Assembly: GCA_963844715.1 (NCBI GenBank)
Contig: CAWJPJ010000007.1
Span: 1,088,001-1,152,000, forward strand
From: an uncultured Phycisphaerales bacterium
Lineage (GTDB): Bacteria; Planctomycetota; Phycisphaerae; Tepidisphaerales; Tepidisphaeraceae
Direction: 5' to 3'
DNA length: 64,000 nucleotides
In this document: positions 9,298 through 20,896 of the stretch, piece by piece
How the letters are laid out: the number at the start of each line of letters is the position of its first letter
Numbering within the stretch: position 1 is the first letter of the stretch
Position numbers and translations under genes: made by a program
Notes under the pieces: model-generated
Databases searched by the model: none
Told to the model about the DNA's origin: nothing
The model's input: only the letters and a program-made list of their open reading frames with translations

Positions 9298-11722
9298 TTA
9301 CTGATTCCCAGGCACGTCGATCAAAATCGTCTGTAGCGCCTGGTTTCCCGCCACATCGGTGACGCGAATGGTGATTTGATGCTGCCCCGGCGCAAGCTCT
9401 TTCACCGTGAAATTCACGCTTTCGTCCGGGCTGTCGAAAATCTTATCGACGGGGAAGATCGCTTGCCAGTCTTCGTGCGAATCGAGCGTGTAATCCGCAC
9501 TGGCGATGGCGCAGATTCAGGTCCTGCGCCCGGAAGTTGATCTCGGCGTCGCCATTAACGATCTTCCACGCCAGGTCGCCCACCGTCGGCGGCGTGTTGT
9601 CGACGAGGTACGAATCGCTCACCCGGCTCGCGGTTTTCCCGTCCCCCGGCGCATTGGCGGCCGCGTCAGACGCGACCACCTTTGCCTGGTATCGTCCGTC
9701 GGCGGCCGTGTGCGTGTCCCAGTCGTAGCTGCTGTCTTTCAAATTGTCCTTCAGCAGAACCCAAGGACCCCCCGGCTCACGCCGGTAATAGAGCGTATAG
9801 ACCAGCGGATCGTTGTTCGGGTCCGACGCGTCCCAGGTAATCGTCTGCGTTCCCGTCCCATGCGGAGCGTCCGCGTCGGCATCGTGATCGCCCGTCGGCG
9901 GTGTCGCCGGCGCCGCTGATGCCGGCGCGGCGGCGCTGGTATCCCCCTCGCTGCCGATGCGAATCGACTTGATCACCGGCGCAAGGTTCGGCATTTGATA
10001 AGCGACGTCCACATGATCGACCAGCGGCGTTTTGTCCGGAACCGTCGTCCCGAATGTCAGGCGGTATTGCAGAAATCGCGCCGACGGCGCCGTAACTTTC
10101 AGGTACTCCGTCGCGTCCACGTCGTTCGTCCAGGCGGACCATCCCGCCGCGTCGGAATCTCGAACATTGCCCGATCGCGCCGCAACTTTGAGCGTCGTGC
10201 CGTCCGGCAATTGCCCGTGAAGCTGTAGATTGCCGAACAGGCTGGTCTGGGTCGCATCGAGCACGGCAGAAGTGTAAGTTCCGGAAGTGGCGTATCCGCC
10301 GGTCATCGCCGAGATCCCGCCCGTGTTCGCCAGCCCGATGAAAATCCGCCCGTCAGCTACCGGCAGAAGGCACATCACCTGCTTCGCATCCACCTTGGCG
10401 AGCACGACGGTTTCCTCGGCCGCCGGATCGACCTGGTAAATCTCCCCGTCATCCCCCGTGGCGATCAGCAGCGAACTTCCCCGCGCGATCATCGAGTAGA
10501 TCACGACGTCTTCGCGGAACACCTCGGTCACGAATCCATCCTTGTCGATCTTGTAGATGGCGTTCCCTTCCGGCTTGGGCTCGGTTGGCGTGGGGGGCAC
10601 CGCCGGACGCGGACCCGTATGGGCAGTTCCGCTGTTGTCTGGCGAAGGATTCGGCTGATTATCCCCGCCGTCGCCGCCACCGCCGCCCCCATCCGGCGGG
10701 CCCGGCTGATCGCCCGGAGGCTCATCCATCATGATCGGCTCCGAAAACCACGGGTCGAGCAATCTCGACTGCGGTCCTTTCGGAATCGGCTTGGGCTCCC
10801 CAGGATTCGGATTCGGCATCTGCGGCGGCTGCGGGGGTTGCGCGGGGGGATTCGACGGGATCGGTGTGATCGACGTATTCCCTTCCGGCCGGCCGCCGTT
10901 CTCATTCTGCGGCGCCTCCGCCGGTTGCGTCTGTTCACGATCCACCGTCTCACCCGTGGCCGCGAAAAGATTTCCCTGATCGTCCAGCGCCAGCGCCGTC
11001 ACATCCGATTCCGAAGCGTTGTACAAAATAAACGAGTCTTTCGTCTGGCGATTGAGCCGAATCACCAGCCCGTCCGGATCGGTCCCAAGATACAGCAGGT
11101 CTTTTCCGTCGCTGATCAGCGCCGTGATGTTATTTTCGTCGCTCTTGTATAGCTCGACGTGCGAATCATCGGGTTTGATCTGAAACACCTGCCCGTTCGG
11201 CCCCGTGGCCGCATAGAGCTGCCCGTCCGGAGTCTGCGCCATCGCCCAAACATACTGCACGCCGTCCGCGGTGAAGATCTGCTTCGGCGCGTCCCCCGGC
11301 TTATCGATGCGGAAGATCTGCCCCTTCTCCCCGCCAGTCCCGATGAACAGCCGCCCCGAATCATCCACCAGCAGGCAAAGAATATTGATCGTCCCGTCGA
11401 TGTGGGCCACGGTGGAGACCTTGTCGTCCTTCACCGCCAGCAGCGCCCCCTTCGGCCCCGTGCCCGCGTAGATCGTTCCGTCCGCGGCCGCGGCGAGGCA
11501 GTTCACCGTCGTCACATCCGGGTCTTCCTGTTGAATAACCTTCACGGCATGCGAGAGCTTCACGTCCCCCAGATTCGTCACCACCACGTTATGCAGCGTG
11601 CCCGCCTTAAAGTCCGCCTCGCTCGCCTGCGTCCAATGAGACGTACTCACCGCTCGCGCCGTCAGCGGAAAAGCGGCGACAAACCCGAGCAGTAAACAGC
11701 CAAGCCATCTGGTCTTCATCAT
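9298..11722 (-). CDS. Large secreted beta-propeller protein with Pro-rich linker and C-terminal Ig/FN3-like domains (frameshift near 9510)
   Basis: Signal peptide 'MMKTRWLGCLLLGFVAAFPLTARA'; repeated blades 'IYAGTGPKG', 'LYAATGPNG', 'LYLGTDPDG'; 'DGRYQAKVVASD...VDNTPP'. Confidence 0.8.
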
Positions 11723-11738
11723 GTTCGGAGCACCTCGA

Positions 11739-13727
11739 TCACTTAGCCGCGGCCGGGCCGGGAGTGGGTTCACTACCCTTCCCGTCCGGCGTGCCCGCCG
11801 GTGGAGTTTCGGTCTTCTGCGTCTTGCCTGCCGCGGTCTCGACTTTGCGTTGCTTTTCAATCGTGATGGAAAAATCCGCCGACCCGGTCATCACCAGATC
11901 CGTCGGAACGACTTTCACCGTCGAACTCACAAAAGAGGTAATGTCGCTTCGCCCCGAATCGAGCATGACTTGCCGGAAAGGGCTAGGAAGCAGCGGCATC
12001 GCCGTGCGCCCGACGGCGATCCCGTCCGCCTGGCGAACCAGCCGCATATACACCGCGTTTTCGCGAATCGCCCCAACGAATTTCAGCACCGAAAACAGTT
12101 CGTCGATGTTGTCCGCGGTAAACTCAAACGGGCTCACCGTTCGCTCGTCGTCCAGATAATGATCCGCATCCGAAACGCTCAATTCATACGTCCCATTCGG
12201 CAGATCGCGCGGCAACTTCAGGTCGATCGGAATATTCGCCTCCTGCGCATGGAATGGCTGGTACGAAATAAACCCATGAACCGTCTCCCCCGGCTCGTAT
12301 TTCGATCGCGGGATCATCACCGACAGAATCGTCGCCTGCCGCGCCTGCGACGAAACGTGAATCGTGCCGGACATTTTGCTCAGCTCCATTTCCTTGAACG
12401 GATTGTCGCTCGCCGTTGTCGTCGCCAATGTCACATCGCTCACGACAGCCGCCGGCCCCTCATTCACGCTCGTATTCACCAGATGAAGCGTTTGCCCGTC
12501 CGCGTAATCGAGCGTCAGGTCGTAATCCACGGTTTGATATTGCGGCAGATCGCGATCCCCCGTCAGCGCCACCGCCACGGCCGCCGCCGCCATCTGCGGC
12601 GTCATCTTCGGATGGACCGCCGACATAAAATGGTACGTTTTGTCGATCGATCCATCGTCATAAACCAGCCGGAGATCGATCGGGATCATCGGCGCCTTGA
12701 TCCCCACCGTGCCCCCCACGCCGACCGTTTCATCCGTCGAAAGGGTCCCCGAAGGCCGCAATAGAAATCCCAGCTTAAAACTCGTCTCCAGATTCGGCAC
12801 GATCATCGCGATCGAGCCGCTCCCCATCGGCAGATCGATTCTCCCCTCGCTCATGAACGGGTGCCCAAACCCGAAAATTCGATCGCCGATTCTTTCCGTG
12901 CACGTTCCAATCGCCGTCAGTTCCACGTCCCCCGTCAACAGCGGCACCGCCAGCACCGACCCCGGCTCCAGCGTCGGATCGACGTTCTCGCCCGACGCAT
13001 CGCCGTTCCCCGCGCCCGCTTGCGCCATCACCAATCCGTTGGCCGCGAACATCGGCTCCAGATACCGCAAGGCGCGCGGATTGATGTTCCCCACCATCAC
13101 CGGCGTCGCCAGCGGCGTCAGCCGAATCTCCCGGTCGAACCACGGCGTGGTCACCGTCTGCTCCCCGCGCCAGTCGTCTTGCGAATACGACTTCCCATGT
13201 CCCCAAGGCGGCAGAGCATCATCCAGCGACCAGTGCGGATGAAACGATTGCTCTCTCGGGTTATCCGCCGGCTCGTCCACGCCGCCCGATTGCGGCGCGT
13301 TAGCGGGAAGATCCAGCATGTATTGGATCGGCTGCACGCCCGCCAGCGGATCCTTCGACATCGGCCATCCATACGCGAACGCCCCGATCATCCGCGCCTT
13401 GCCCGTGTCGTCATAAAGATAAATCGGCGACCCGCTCATCCCCGCAATCGCCCCGGTGTGCTGGAGATAATCCCCCAGGCAGCGGATCAGCACGACGTCA
13501 TATTTCGGGTTGAAGTTGCGCACCACATCGATCGCCTCGACGTCAAATCTCTCGATTTTCGTCCCCCGAAAGACCGTCAGACCATACCCCTTCATTCCCG
13601 GGCGAACTTCCGAAACCCGCATGTATCGACTGGGATCGAATAAAGACGCCTGAGTGGCCGGATCGGCCCAAGAAACGCGGGCGGCACAGGCCACGATGAG
13701 AAGAACGGCAACGGCGAATCGACCCAT
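11739..13727 (-). CDS. SpoIVB peptidase S55-domain protein, secreted
   Basis: 'VRPGMKGYGLTVFRG', 'GAIAGMSGSPIY', 'FGFGHPF'; signal peptide 'MGRFAVAVLLIVACAARVSWA'. Confidence 0.85.
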   Translation of the reverse strand: MGRFAVAVLLIVACAARVSWADPATQASLFDPSRYMRVSEVRPGMKGYGLTVFRGTKIERFDVEAIDVVRNFNPKYDVVLIRCLGDYLQHTGAIAGMSGSPIYLYDDTGKARMIGAFAYGWPMSKDPLAGVQPIQYMLDLPANAPQSGGVDEPADNPREQSFHPHWSLDDALPPWGHGKSYSQDDWRGEQTVTTPWFDREIRLTPLATPVMVGNINPRALRYLEPMFAANGLVMAQAGAGNGDASGENVDPTLEPGSVLAVPLLTGDVELTAIGTCTERIGDRIFGFGHPFMSEGRIDLPMGSGSIAMIVPNLETSFKLGFLLRPSGTLSTDETVGVGGTVGIKAPMIPIDLRLVYDDGSIDKTYHFMSAVHPKMTPQMAAAAVAVALTGDRDLPQYQTVDYDLTLDYADGQTLHLVNTSVNEGPAAVVSDVTLATTTASDNPFKEMELSKMSGTIHVSSQARQATILSVMIPRSKYEPGETVHGFISYQPFHAQEANIPIDLKLPRDLPNGTYELSVSDADHYLDDERTVSPFEFTADNIDELFSVLKFVGAIRENAVYMRLVRQADGIAVGRTAMPLLPSPFRQVMLDSGRSDITSFVSSTVKVVPTDLVMTGSADFSITIEKQRKVETAAGKTQKTETPPAGTPDGKGSEPTPGPAAAK

Positions 13728-13896
13728 GTCGGTTTTCCTAAAAAACGTCCGCGCGGGCAATCCTAGGGTGCCCTTTGGCGTGCCGCAAGCCAATGGCGGG
13801 ATTGTCCGGCGGCGAATTGACACCCTCGCGCCGGGATTTATCGTCAGGCATAGTGCGACAACACCTTGGACGGTTTTTATCGCGAGTAGTTCAACT

Positions 13897-14644
13897 GTGA
13901 ATTCCGAGACGCGCCAGCGCCGCCGAAAAACTGCTCGGCCACACCTTCGCAAACCCCGATCTCCTCACCGAGTCGCTCACCCACGCCTCGGTCGCCGATA
14001 CCCGTCTCAAAAGCAACGAGCGAATGGAATTCCTCGGCGACGCCGTCCTCGACCTCATCATCTGCGACGCCCTCTATAGGAAATTTCCCGAATACCTCGA
14101 GGGCGATCTCACCAAAATCAAATCCGCCGTCGTCTCGCGGAGAACCTGCGCCGAGGTCTCCAAGGAAACCGGCCTGATCGACCTGCTCGTCATCGGCAAA
14201 GGCATCAGCAACCGCGAGGCCATGCCCAGCTCGCTGGCCGCCGCCGTCTATGAGTCGATCGTCGCCGCCATCTATCTCGACGCCGGGTTCGAGGTGGTCA
14301 AGGAATACGTCCTTCGCACCATGACCCCCAAGATCGAGTCGATCGCCTCCAACACCCATCAGCACAACTACAAGGCGGTGTTGCAGCAGCACGCGCAAAA
14401 AGTCCTCGGCGCAACCCCCATCTACGAACTTCTCGACGAAAAGGGCCCCGACCACAGCAAATGTTTCGAGGTCTGCGTCTCCGTCGACGGCCGCCGCTTC
14501 TCCAGCGCCTGGGGGCCGAACAAAAAGATGGCGGAGCAAAAAGCCGCGCTACTGGCCCTGGAAGAACTCGGGGTCTTCGACCCGAAGGATGTCGATCAGG
14601 CAATAGGCGGAATCGTCGCCGAGGCGGATAAAACGGGGGAATGA
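13897..14644 (+). CDS. rnc: Ribonuclease III (N-terminus frameshifted)
   Basis: 'SLTHAS...SNERMEFLGDAVL', 'YESIVAAIYLDAG', dsRBD 'NYKAVLQQ...GPDHSK...KKMAEQKAA'. Confidence 0.95.
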
Positions 14645-14698
14645 AACGGCGGCGGCAGATTGCTCCAAGCAGCCGTCTAGTTTGCCTTTAATTTCTTT

Positions 14699-15778
14699 CT
14701 AAAACAATTCCAGCGATGGTGCCGAAAACGAAAAGTATTTTATTCCGTTTCGGAGCACCTCGGTGACACCGTTCCTGCTTTTTAGAATTTGGATCGCGTC
14801 ACGCGAGCGATATTCTGGCGTGCGCGTCAAAACGTGTTCTTTCAATTGGTCTGATGTCAGCTCTTTTCCCCGCAAGTCGCGATCCAGGTCGTTGGCCAGC
14901 ATTTCCTGCGTGTAAGCGGTCAGCATCCCTTGATTGACATCGCGGTCGGAGAATTCAAATCTGCCCGTTGGGTCAACCTTCCACATCGCCTTTTTCATCA
15001 CCTCGAGGCCCTCGATTTTATTTGTACAGAAGAAGAGCCAATAAATTAGTCGGTGGTCAGCCCCGCGCATGGCAAAATCAAACACATACTTAGCCGATGC
15101 CCTTTCACGCAGAGACCGGACATAAATCGACTTGAAGCGATCAGTGCGCTTCTGCTCTCGCAAATCCAATACCTCACGCCACTCATCGCCCCCAATTGCG
15201 CACGTAAGGGTATTGGCCTTTGTGGCGTCACCGAAATAGGGATGCATTCTTTGCCAGTTAAGATAGGAAAACGTTTCGCAACTCCGATGGGCCAAGATGC
15301 GCCGAACAAGATCCATCGAAAATCCGGAATAGCCGTACTGATCAAGAAAGAAAAAGGCGGGGCCAAGGGTTTTACCAGCGACCTCATGCTGATCTAAAAG
15401 TGCAGTAACGACCGGCTCGCATTCGTCGCAAACAGGATCCATCACGTCGATTCGCGGCGCGAAACTCACGAGTTCCCGTCGTTCGCCGCGAATAAGGGCT
15501 TGTAAATGTGCGCAACGCTGCGGATCCTTTTCAACCATTCGCACTTCAAGCCGCGCATGGCCCGAGTGCGCTTTCATCGCCGTGCGAATTGCGACAATCG
15601 GGCTGCCCGGATGCCCCTCAGTGAGCTCGCCACACCCCGCGAAACCATCAAAATAGAGCAATCGATTCGACCTCTGACCCAGAATGGGCAACCAACCCTT
15701 CAGGTACTCTTGAAGAATTGCGTGTTTCGCGCGTGTGTGTGCTGTCGCGTCGTCGAGAATATCGTCGTCCATTGGCAT
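14699..15778 (-). CDS. tcmP: Three-Cys-motif partner protein (TcmP family, methyltransferase-like)
   Basis: '[13 protein letters not shown]', 'YFDGFAGCG', 'AFFFLDQYG', '[14 protein letters not shown]'; lies directly downstream of a DUF5131 gene. Confidence 0.85.
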   Translation of the reverse strand: MPMDDDILDDATAHTRAKHAILQEYLKGWLPILGQRSNRLLYFDGFAGCGELTEGHPGSPIVAIRTAMKAHSGHARLEVRMVEKDPQRCAHLQALIRGERRELVSFAPRIDVMDPVCDECEPVVTALLDQHEVAGKTLGPAFFFLDQYGYSGFSMDLVRRILAHRSCETFSYLNWQRMHPYFGDATKANTLTCAIGGDEWREVLDLREQKRTDRFKSIYVRSLRERASAKYVFDFAMRGADHRLIYWLFFCTNKIEGLEVMKKAMWKVDPTGRFEFSDRDVNQGMLTAYTQEMLANDLDRDLRGKELTSDQLKEHVLTRTPEYRSRDAIQILKSRNGVTEVLRNGIKYFSFSAPSLELF

Positions 15779-16568
15779 TTCGACTGTCGGCCAAATACGA
15801 CAAGGTCGGCATGTCGTCCCAGGTTCGTCCATCAAGGGTTCGACCAGTCAGTCCCTTGTTTGGCCCGCCCCATTGTTTGAAGAAGAACGGCACGCCGTAA
15901 TGGACGCACCGATCACGAATTGTTCTTACCCAGTCGGGGACCATCGGTCTTGCACCCGGTCCAGATTCGCCGCCCACGATGATCCAATCGATTCCCGATA
16001 AAGGAAGACGAGGGATTGGCCCGATCAGTGGCTCAACGGATAAGAATTTAATCTTTGCCGACGTGTCTTTAAGTTGCCGAACGCGGTCCAAGACATTTGC
16101 ATCTTCAACGCTCGTGCCCATCCAGACGTTGTCCGGCCAATTGAGTTCAGCATCTAATTCCAGAACGCGGTGCGGCCTCTTTGTGAGTACTTGGTACGTG
16201 TGCTGCGGAGAGCAACGCGCAACGTCCAAAATTCGCGTGATGAATTCAAGCGGGACGTCCTCGTGAAATAAGTCACTCATCGAGTTTACGAAAATCACGC
16301 GCGGGCTGTGCCACGACAGCGGTTCCTCCACCGAACCTTCGTCAAGAAACACCGACCCGTTCCATCTCCCAAACCGAGTTAGGACGTTTAGATACGCCGC
16401 CTTCTTTCCAGGATTCCTACCAGACTCGCGGTCCGCTGTTGCCATCGACGCCAGCCGCTTGGCCATACGCTCGGCATAGCAATGCTTACACCCCGCGCTC
16501 ACCTTTCGGCAGCCGATGACAGGATTCCATGTCGTATCCGTCCACTCGATGCTGGATTGCTGCGCCAT
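15648..16568 (-). CDS. DUF5131 / phage Gp37-Gp68 family protein (CxxxxxxCxxC motif)
   Basis: '[29 protein letters not shown]', '[11 protein letters not shown]', 'QVLTKRP', 'WIIVGGESG', 'FFFKQWGG', '[13 protein letters not shown]'. Confidence 0.93.
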   Translation of the reverse strand: MAQQSSIEWTDTTWNPVIGCRKVSAGCKHCYAERMAKRLASMATADRESGRNPGKKAAYLNVLTRFGRWNGSVFLDEGSVEEPLSWHSPRVIFVNSMSDLFHEDVPLEFITRILDVARCSPQHTYQVLTKRPHRVLELDAELNWPDNVWMGTSVEDANVLDRVRQLKDTSAKIKFLSVEPLIGPIPRLPLSGIDWIIVGGESGPGARPMVPDWVRTIRDRCVHYGVPFFFKQWGGPNKGLTGRTLDGRTWDDMPTLSYLADSRNANGRRYSRRRDSTHTRETRNSSRVPEGLVAHSGSEVESIALF

Positions 16569-16695
16569 GTGGTCTCCTTGAACCCTAACAAATACCTATC
16601 AGATTTGCAAGCTTATTCTTTAGGGTGCACGAAGACTATCGGCGAGAAGTATCACCGCGCATCAGTTCCTCGGCGAGCCGATGGCGGGCAAACGG

Positions 16696-17220
16696 CTACT
16701 TGCTAATCCCCAAATCCGTCGTCGTAAACAGCGCCTCAAAAACATACCCCGCCGATTCGATATTCCCCCGCGCCCCCTCTTCCCGGTCAATCACGGCAAT
16801 GATCCGATCAATCTTCGCCCCCGCATCCTTCAAAGTCTTGGCCGCTTCCAGAACCTGCCCGCCCGTCGTCAGCACGTCTTCCACAATCGCAACGGTCTCC
16901 CCCGAGTTCAAACCCCCCTCGATCAGCTTGCTGGTGCCATAATCCTTCTTTTGATTTCGGATGATGACGAACGGCTTCCCACACGCCATCGACGCCGCCG
17001 CCGCCAGCGAAACCGCCCCCAGCTCCGCCCCGGCGATCCGATCCACCTTCGCCGAGATCTTCGCCGCGAAAAGTTTCCCCAATTCGATCAACACATCAGG
17101 CTGCGTCTCAAACCTATATTTATCCAGATAGTAATTGCTCTTGCGCCCGCTACGGAGCGTGAACTCCCCGCGAAGAAGTGAAACCTCGGCAATCCGTTTA
17201 GCGAGTTCGTCGCGCGTCAT
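16696..17220 (-). CDS. pyrE: Orotate phosphoribosyltransferase
   Basis: 'GEFTLRSGRKSNYYLDK' and PRPP-binding 'IVEDVLTTGG'. Confidence 0.95.
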   Translation of the reverse strand: MTRDELAKRIAEVSLLRGEFTLRSGRKSNYYLDKYRFETQPDVLIELGKLFAAKISAKVDRIAGAELGAVSLAAAASMACGKPFVIIRNQKKDYGTSKLIEGGLNSGETVAIVEDVLTTGGQVLEAAKTLKDAGAKIDRIIAVIDREEGARGNIESAGYVFEALFTTTDLGISK

Positions 17221-17263
17221 GGCCGGACACTATCGGCGCCGCCCGCCCGCGCGTCAAATGGAT

Positions 17264-17950
17264 TCACCACCCCGAGATCGTCGCCGCCGGCGACCGCCCG
17301 TAGATGCCGGACCCGTACGACCACACCGGCCAAAAGGTGTAACCGCCGTATCCATACCCATAACACCACGGATACCAGCCGGAGTAACCCGTAGGATGAT
17401 AATTGTACCGATTCGATTCATCCTGGAATTGATCTGGAACCGCCAAGGTCTGCGCAATATTCCCGTCAAAGTATCGCGACGGCGTCGGCAAACTCGGCCC
17501 CACCGGCTGAATCGCGGCCGCGGGAGCAGCCGAAGTCTGCACCGGCTGAATTAACCGATCCGCCTTGGACCCTAGTGCGTCCTCGATATTGAACAGATCG
17601 CGAATCGCCCCGTCCGAGCGGAAACTCCCGATGACCTTATCCCCCGCGCCGTTAGTGACTTTCCCCGAGATGCGCATCTGATCGCCAACCACTTGCACCG
17701 ACCCCGACACCACAAAATCCGCACCCGCCGTCTTGTCCGTCGTCTGCATCCCCGATTGCTGGATGTTCCCCGACAACCCTTCCTGAAGCGCCTTCCCCAC
17801 CCAACCCCGACTCGCGTCCCCCAGCACATCAAAAGGCAGCACCGCCACCGCCGGACCCCGCCGAACCGCAACAGAATCTCCGAAAGCGGCCGCCTCGGCA
17901 GCAAAAAGCAGAGCGCAAATCGATATCGCGATATAAACCCAACCCCGCAT
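17264..17950 (-). CDS. Secreted protein with TolB-N/CsgG-like domain and Tyr/Gly-rich C-terminus
   Basis: Signal peptide, 'VAVLPFD...ADFVVSGSVQVVGDQMRISGK...DLFNIED', YG-rich tail. Confidence 0.65.
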   Translation of the reverse strand: MRGWVYIAISICALLFAAEAAAFGDSVAVRRGPAVAVLPFDVLGDASRGWVGKALQEGLSGNIQQSGMQTTDKTAGADFVVSGSVQVVGDQMRISGKVTNGAGDKVIGSFRSDGAIRDLFNIEDALGSKADRLIQPVQTSAAPAAAIQPVGPSLPTPSRYFDGNIAQTLAVPDQFQDESNRYNYHPTGYSGWYPWCYGYGYGGYTFWPVWSYGSGIYGRSPAATISGW

Positions 17951-18083
17951 AAAAACCTCCGGCGATAACCCCATTATACCCCATGTTTTCCCCCTCTTAC
18001 GCCAATCCCTTCCAAAACTCGCGTCCGATTGTAAGGACGAATACATCTATACCGGCATACTATTGGTACGAAAGGAAAAACAG

Positions 18084-18956
18084 ATGTACGGGCAGTTCTA
18101 TAACAACGTCAAGACAGTCATTTTCCTCGGCCTCCTCACCGGCCTGATCCTCGTCGGCGGGGGCCTCATCGCCGGGCAGCAGGGCGTTCTCGTCGCCCTC
18201 GTGATCGCCGCCGTGATGAATGTTTCGAGCTTCTATTTCAGCGATCAGATCGCACTGGCCTCTGCTCGCGCCCAGGAAGTCGGGCCGGATCATCCCCTCT
18301 TTGGAATCGTTCAAGGGCTCGCCCGCCGCGCCGGCCTGCCGATGCCGCGCGTCTATATATCCCCCAGCAAGCCGCCAACGCCTTCGCCACCGGTCGCGGC
18401 CCCAACCACGCCGCCGTTTGCGCCACGCAAGGCCTCCTCCGACATGCTCAACGAAAACGAAATCGCCGGCGTCCTCTCCCACGAAATGGCGCACGTTCTC
18501 CATCGCGATATCCTCATCTTTTCCGTCGCCGCGACCATCGCCGGGGGGATCAGCTATCTCGGCTATCTGTTCATGTGGGGCGGCATCGGCTACGGCCAGC
18601 GCAGCCGCAACGAAGGCAACGCTCTCCTCGGCCTGCTCTTCCTCATCCTCGGTCCCGTCGCCGCGGGCCTCATTCAGGCCGCCATCAGCCGCTCCCGCGA
18701 GTTCAACGCCGACTCCGGCGGCGCGCAAATCTGCGGCAATCCCATGTGGCTCGCCACCGCACTCGAGAAAATCCATTTCGCCAATAGCCGCATCCCCATG
18801 GATGTGAACCCCGCGTTCAACAGCATGTATATCGCCGAGCCCCTGAACGCCGTCGGCTCCATCGGCGAACTCTTCCAGACCCACCCGCCCCTCGAGGCCC
18901 GTCTGATGAACCTCATCGGCCGCCCCAGCACCGGCCAATTCCGAAACGCGGCCTAA
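18084..18956 (+). CDS. htpX: Zinc metalloprotease HtpX (M48), with two compensating indels near 18370-18440
   Basis: 'HEMAH', 'SRSREFNADSGGA', 'FQTHPP'. The conserved 'PNAFATGR' segment is displaced into another frame. Confidence 0.92.
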   Translation: MYGQFYNNVKTVIFLGLLTGLILVGGGLIAGQQGVLVALVIAAVMNVSSFYFSDQIALASARAQEVGPDHPLFGIVQGLARRAGLPMPRVYISPSKPPTPSPPVAAPTTPPFAPRKASSDMLNENEIAGVLSHEMAHVLHRDILIFSVAATIAGGISYLGYLFMWGGIGYGQRSRNEGNALLGLLFLILGPVAAGLIQAAISRSREFNADSGGAQICGNPMWLATALEKIHFANSRIPMDVNPAFNSMYIAEPLNAVGSIGELFQTHPPLEARLMNLIGRPSTGQFRNAA

Positions 18957-19056
18957 GGCGTACTTTCGGGCCAAATTGACGCGCCTCTGGTGGAACTTTG
19001 CCCGATTGACGATAAAGTAAGCGCCAACGGATTGTCCGCTTTCAAAGGTTTCACGG

Positions 19057-20519
19057 ATGAAGCACGCCGGTATTGCCTTCGCTTTAGCTTCCCTGGTCCT
19101 CATTTTGCCCGTCGTCGCCCGCGCCGATCTCTCCGGCGAAATCGACGCCATCGTTGGCGACAAACTGCTTAGCCGCGCCGATGTCGGCATCGACATCGTC
19201 CGCCTCGGCGATGGGGGCGCCGTCCCCATCTATCAATTGAACCCCACGGCTCCCCTCGTCCCCGCCAGTAACCTCAAGGTCGTCACCACCTCCGCCGCCC
19301 TGGAAAAACTCGGCGCTGATTTCAAATTCCGCACCCTCCTGGCCCTCCACGACGGAAATCTCGTCCTCATCGGCGACGGCGACCCCACCCTCGGCGACGC
19401 TGAACTCCTCAAAAAAGTCGGCTGGGACGTCGATACCGTTTTCAAAGCCTGGGCCGCCGCGCTGGTAAAGAGACAAATCACGTCGATCAAGAATCTCCTC
19501 GTCGATGACAGCGTCTTCGATATGCAATTCCTCCATCCCAGCTGGCCCGCCGATCAGGTGCAGAAACACTACGACGCCGAGATCGCCGGCCTGAATCTCA
19601 ACGCCAACTGCATCGACTTCTACGTCCGCCCGATTTCCATCGGCCAAACCGTCGAATTCTCCACCGATCCAACCACTGAGTACGTGAACATTTCCAATAC
19701 CTGCGTCGGCGGAAATGAAAACGCCGTCTGGCTCTCGCGCAGGCCGGCACCAACGATCTCGTCCTCCGCGGTCAGGCCGGCGAGTCCAACGTCCTGCCGA
19801 TCTCCGTCACCATCCACGACCCGCCCATGTACGCCGGAACGGTTCTCGCCGAAACCTTGCGATCCGCCGGCATCTCCGTCACCGGCTCCGTCCAGCGCGA
19901 TCGCTCCCAGCGCGCCGATTTCGCGCAGCACGCGGGTGACGGATCGTGGACGCTCCTCGCCGAGCACGAAACCCAACTCTCCAGCGTGATCTCCCGAGCA
20001 AACAAAGACAGCATGAACCTCTACGCCGAGTGCCTCTGCAAGCGCCTCGGCTTCGCCGCCACCGGCCAGGGAACCTGGGAAGCCGGCACCGCACAGGTCG
20101 CCAAATTCCTCGACACCCTCGGCGTCTCCCCGCGCGAATTTCATCTCGACGACGGCTGCGGACTCTCCAAGTCCAACGCCGTCAGCGCCCATCTCATGGT
20201 CAGCGTTCTCGTCCACGATTACTTCGGACCCAACGCCAAGATGTGGATGGGTTCCCTCGCCGTCGCCGGCGAAGACGGCACCCTCGCCGACCGCTTCCGC
20301 GGCACCGACCTCCGCGGCCGCGTCATCGCCAAGAGCGGCTTCGTCAACGGCGTAAGCTGCCTCAGCGGCTATCTCCAGGCCAAGGACGGCAACTGGTACT
20401 GCTTCAGCATCCTCTTCAACGGCATCCCCGAAGGCACCAACAGCACCGCCAAAATCCTCCAGGAACGCATCGTCCGCGCCATCGACCAGCACAGCATCGC
20501 CACCGCCGACGCCCGCTAA
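19057..20519 (+). CDS. dacB: D-alanyl-D-alanine carboxypeptidase/endopeptidase PBP4 (S13), frameshift near 19745
   Basis: 'PASNLK' (SxxK), 'GDGDPTL', 'SMNLYAE' (SxN), 'DGCGLS', 'AKSG'. Confidence 0.9.
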
Positions 20520-20589
20520 ACTCGCTTTCGAATCGACTTTGAGTTTTCTTGGACAACCCGCCCCCGCGCACTAGAATTATCTGTTACTG

Positions 20590-20663
20590 GTTCCCGTAGC
20601 TCAATTGGATAGAGCGTCGGCCTCCGGAGCCGAAGGTTGTAGGTTCGAGCCCCACCGGGAACA
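20590..20663 (+). tRNA. tRNA-Arg (anticodon CCG); CCA not encoded
   Basis: Acceptor stem GTTCCCG/CGGGAAC, D-arm GCTC..GAGC, anticodon arm TCGGC-CTCCGGA-GCCGA, T-loop TTCGAGC. Confidence 0.96.
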
Positions 20664-20845
20664 TTTGAAATGACAAGCGGTTACGTTTTGCGGTGTTGCC
20701 GCCGACTGGCTTTGTCAGAGAAGTTTGTCAGAGAAGTTGACTGAAGACCAATACGTGCGTTAGATAAAAAGACCCCGGACAGCGTCAACTGTCCGAGGCC
20801 TCGCAAACCTCTTGGGCTTGCTCGCTACTTGCCTGGAGGTTTGTC

Positions 20846-20896
20846 ATGCCGCATTTTCCCAAGCCCTTCTTTCGCCCCGCGCGCGGACTTTGGTAT
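20846..20896 (+). pseudogene. 5' stub of a probable tyrosine integrase
   Basis: GGAGG RBS then '[17 protein letters not shown]', which resembles from recall the N-terminus of planctomycete phage-type integrases. It sits where an island integrase is expected and breaks off at the RavA fragment. Confidence 0.55.

Noticed and set aside
15648..15778. Meaningful 130-nt overlap or C-terminal extension of DUF5131 into tcmP
   Set aside because: Family similarity ends at 'TWDDMP'. Given the indel rate, the extension cannot be trusted.
14668..16709. Imperfect inverted repeat (CAAG(C/T)AGCCGT..TTGCC) around the DUF5131-TcmP insert
   Set aside because: Short and gapped, and it overlaps the pyrE stop codon. 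It could be chance.
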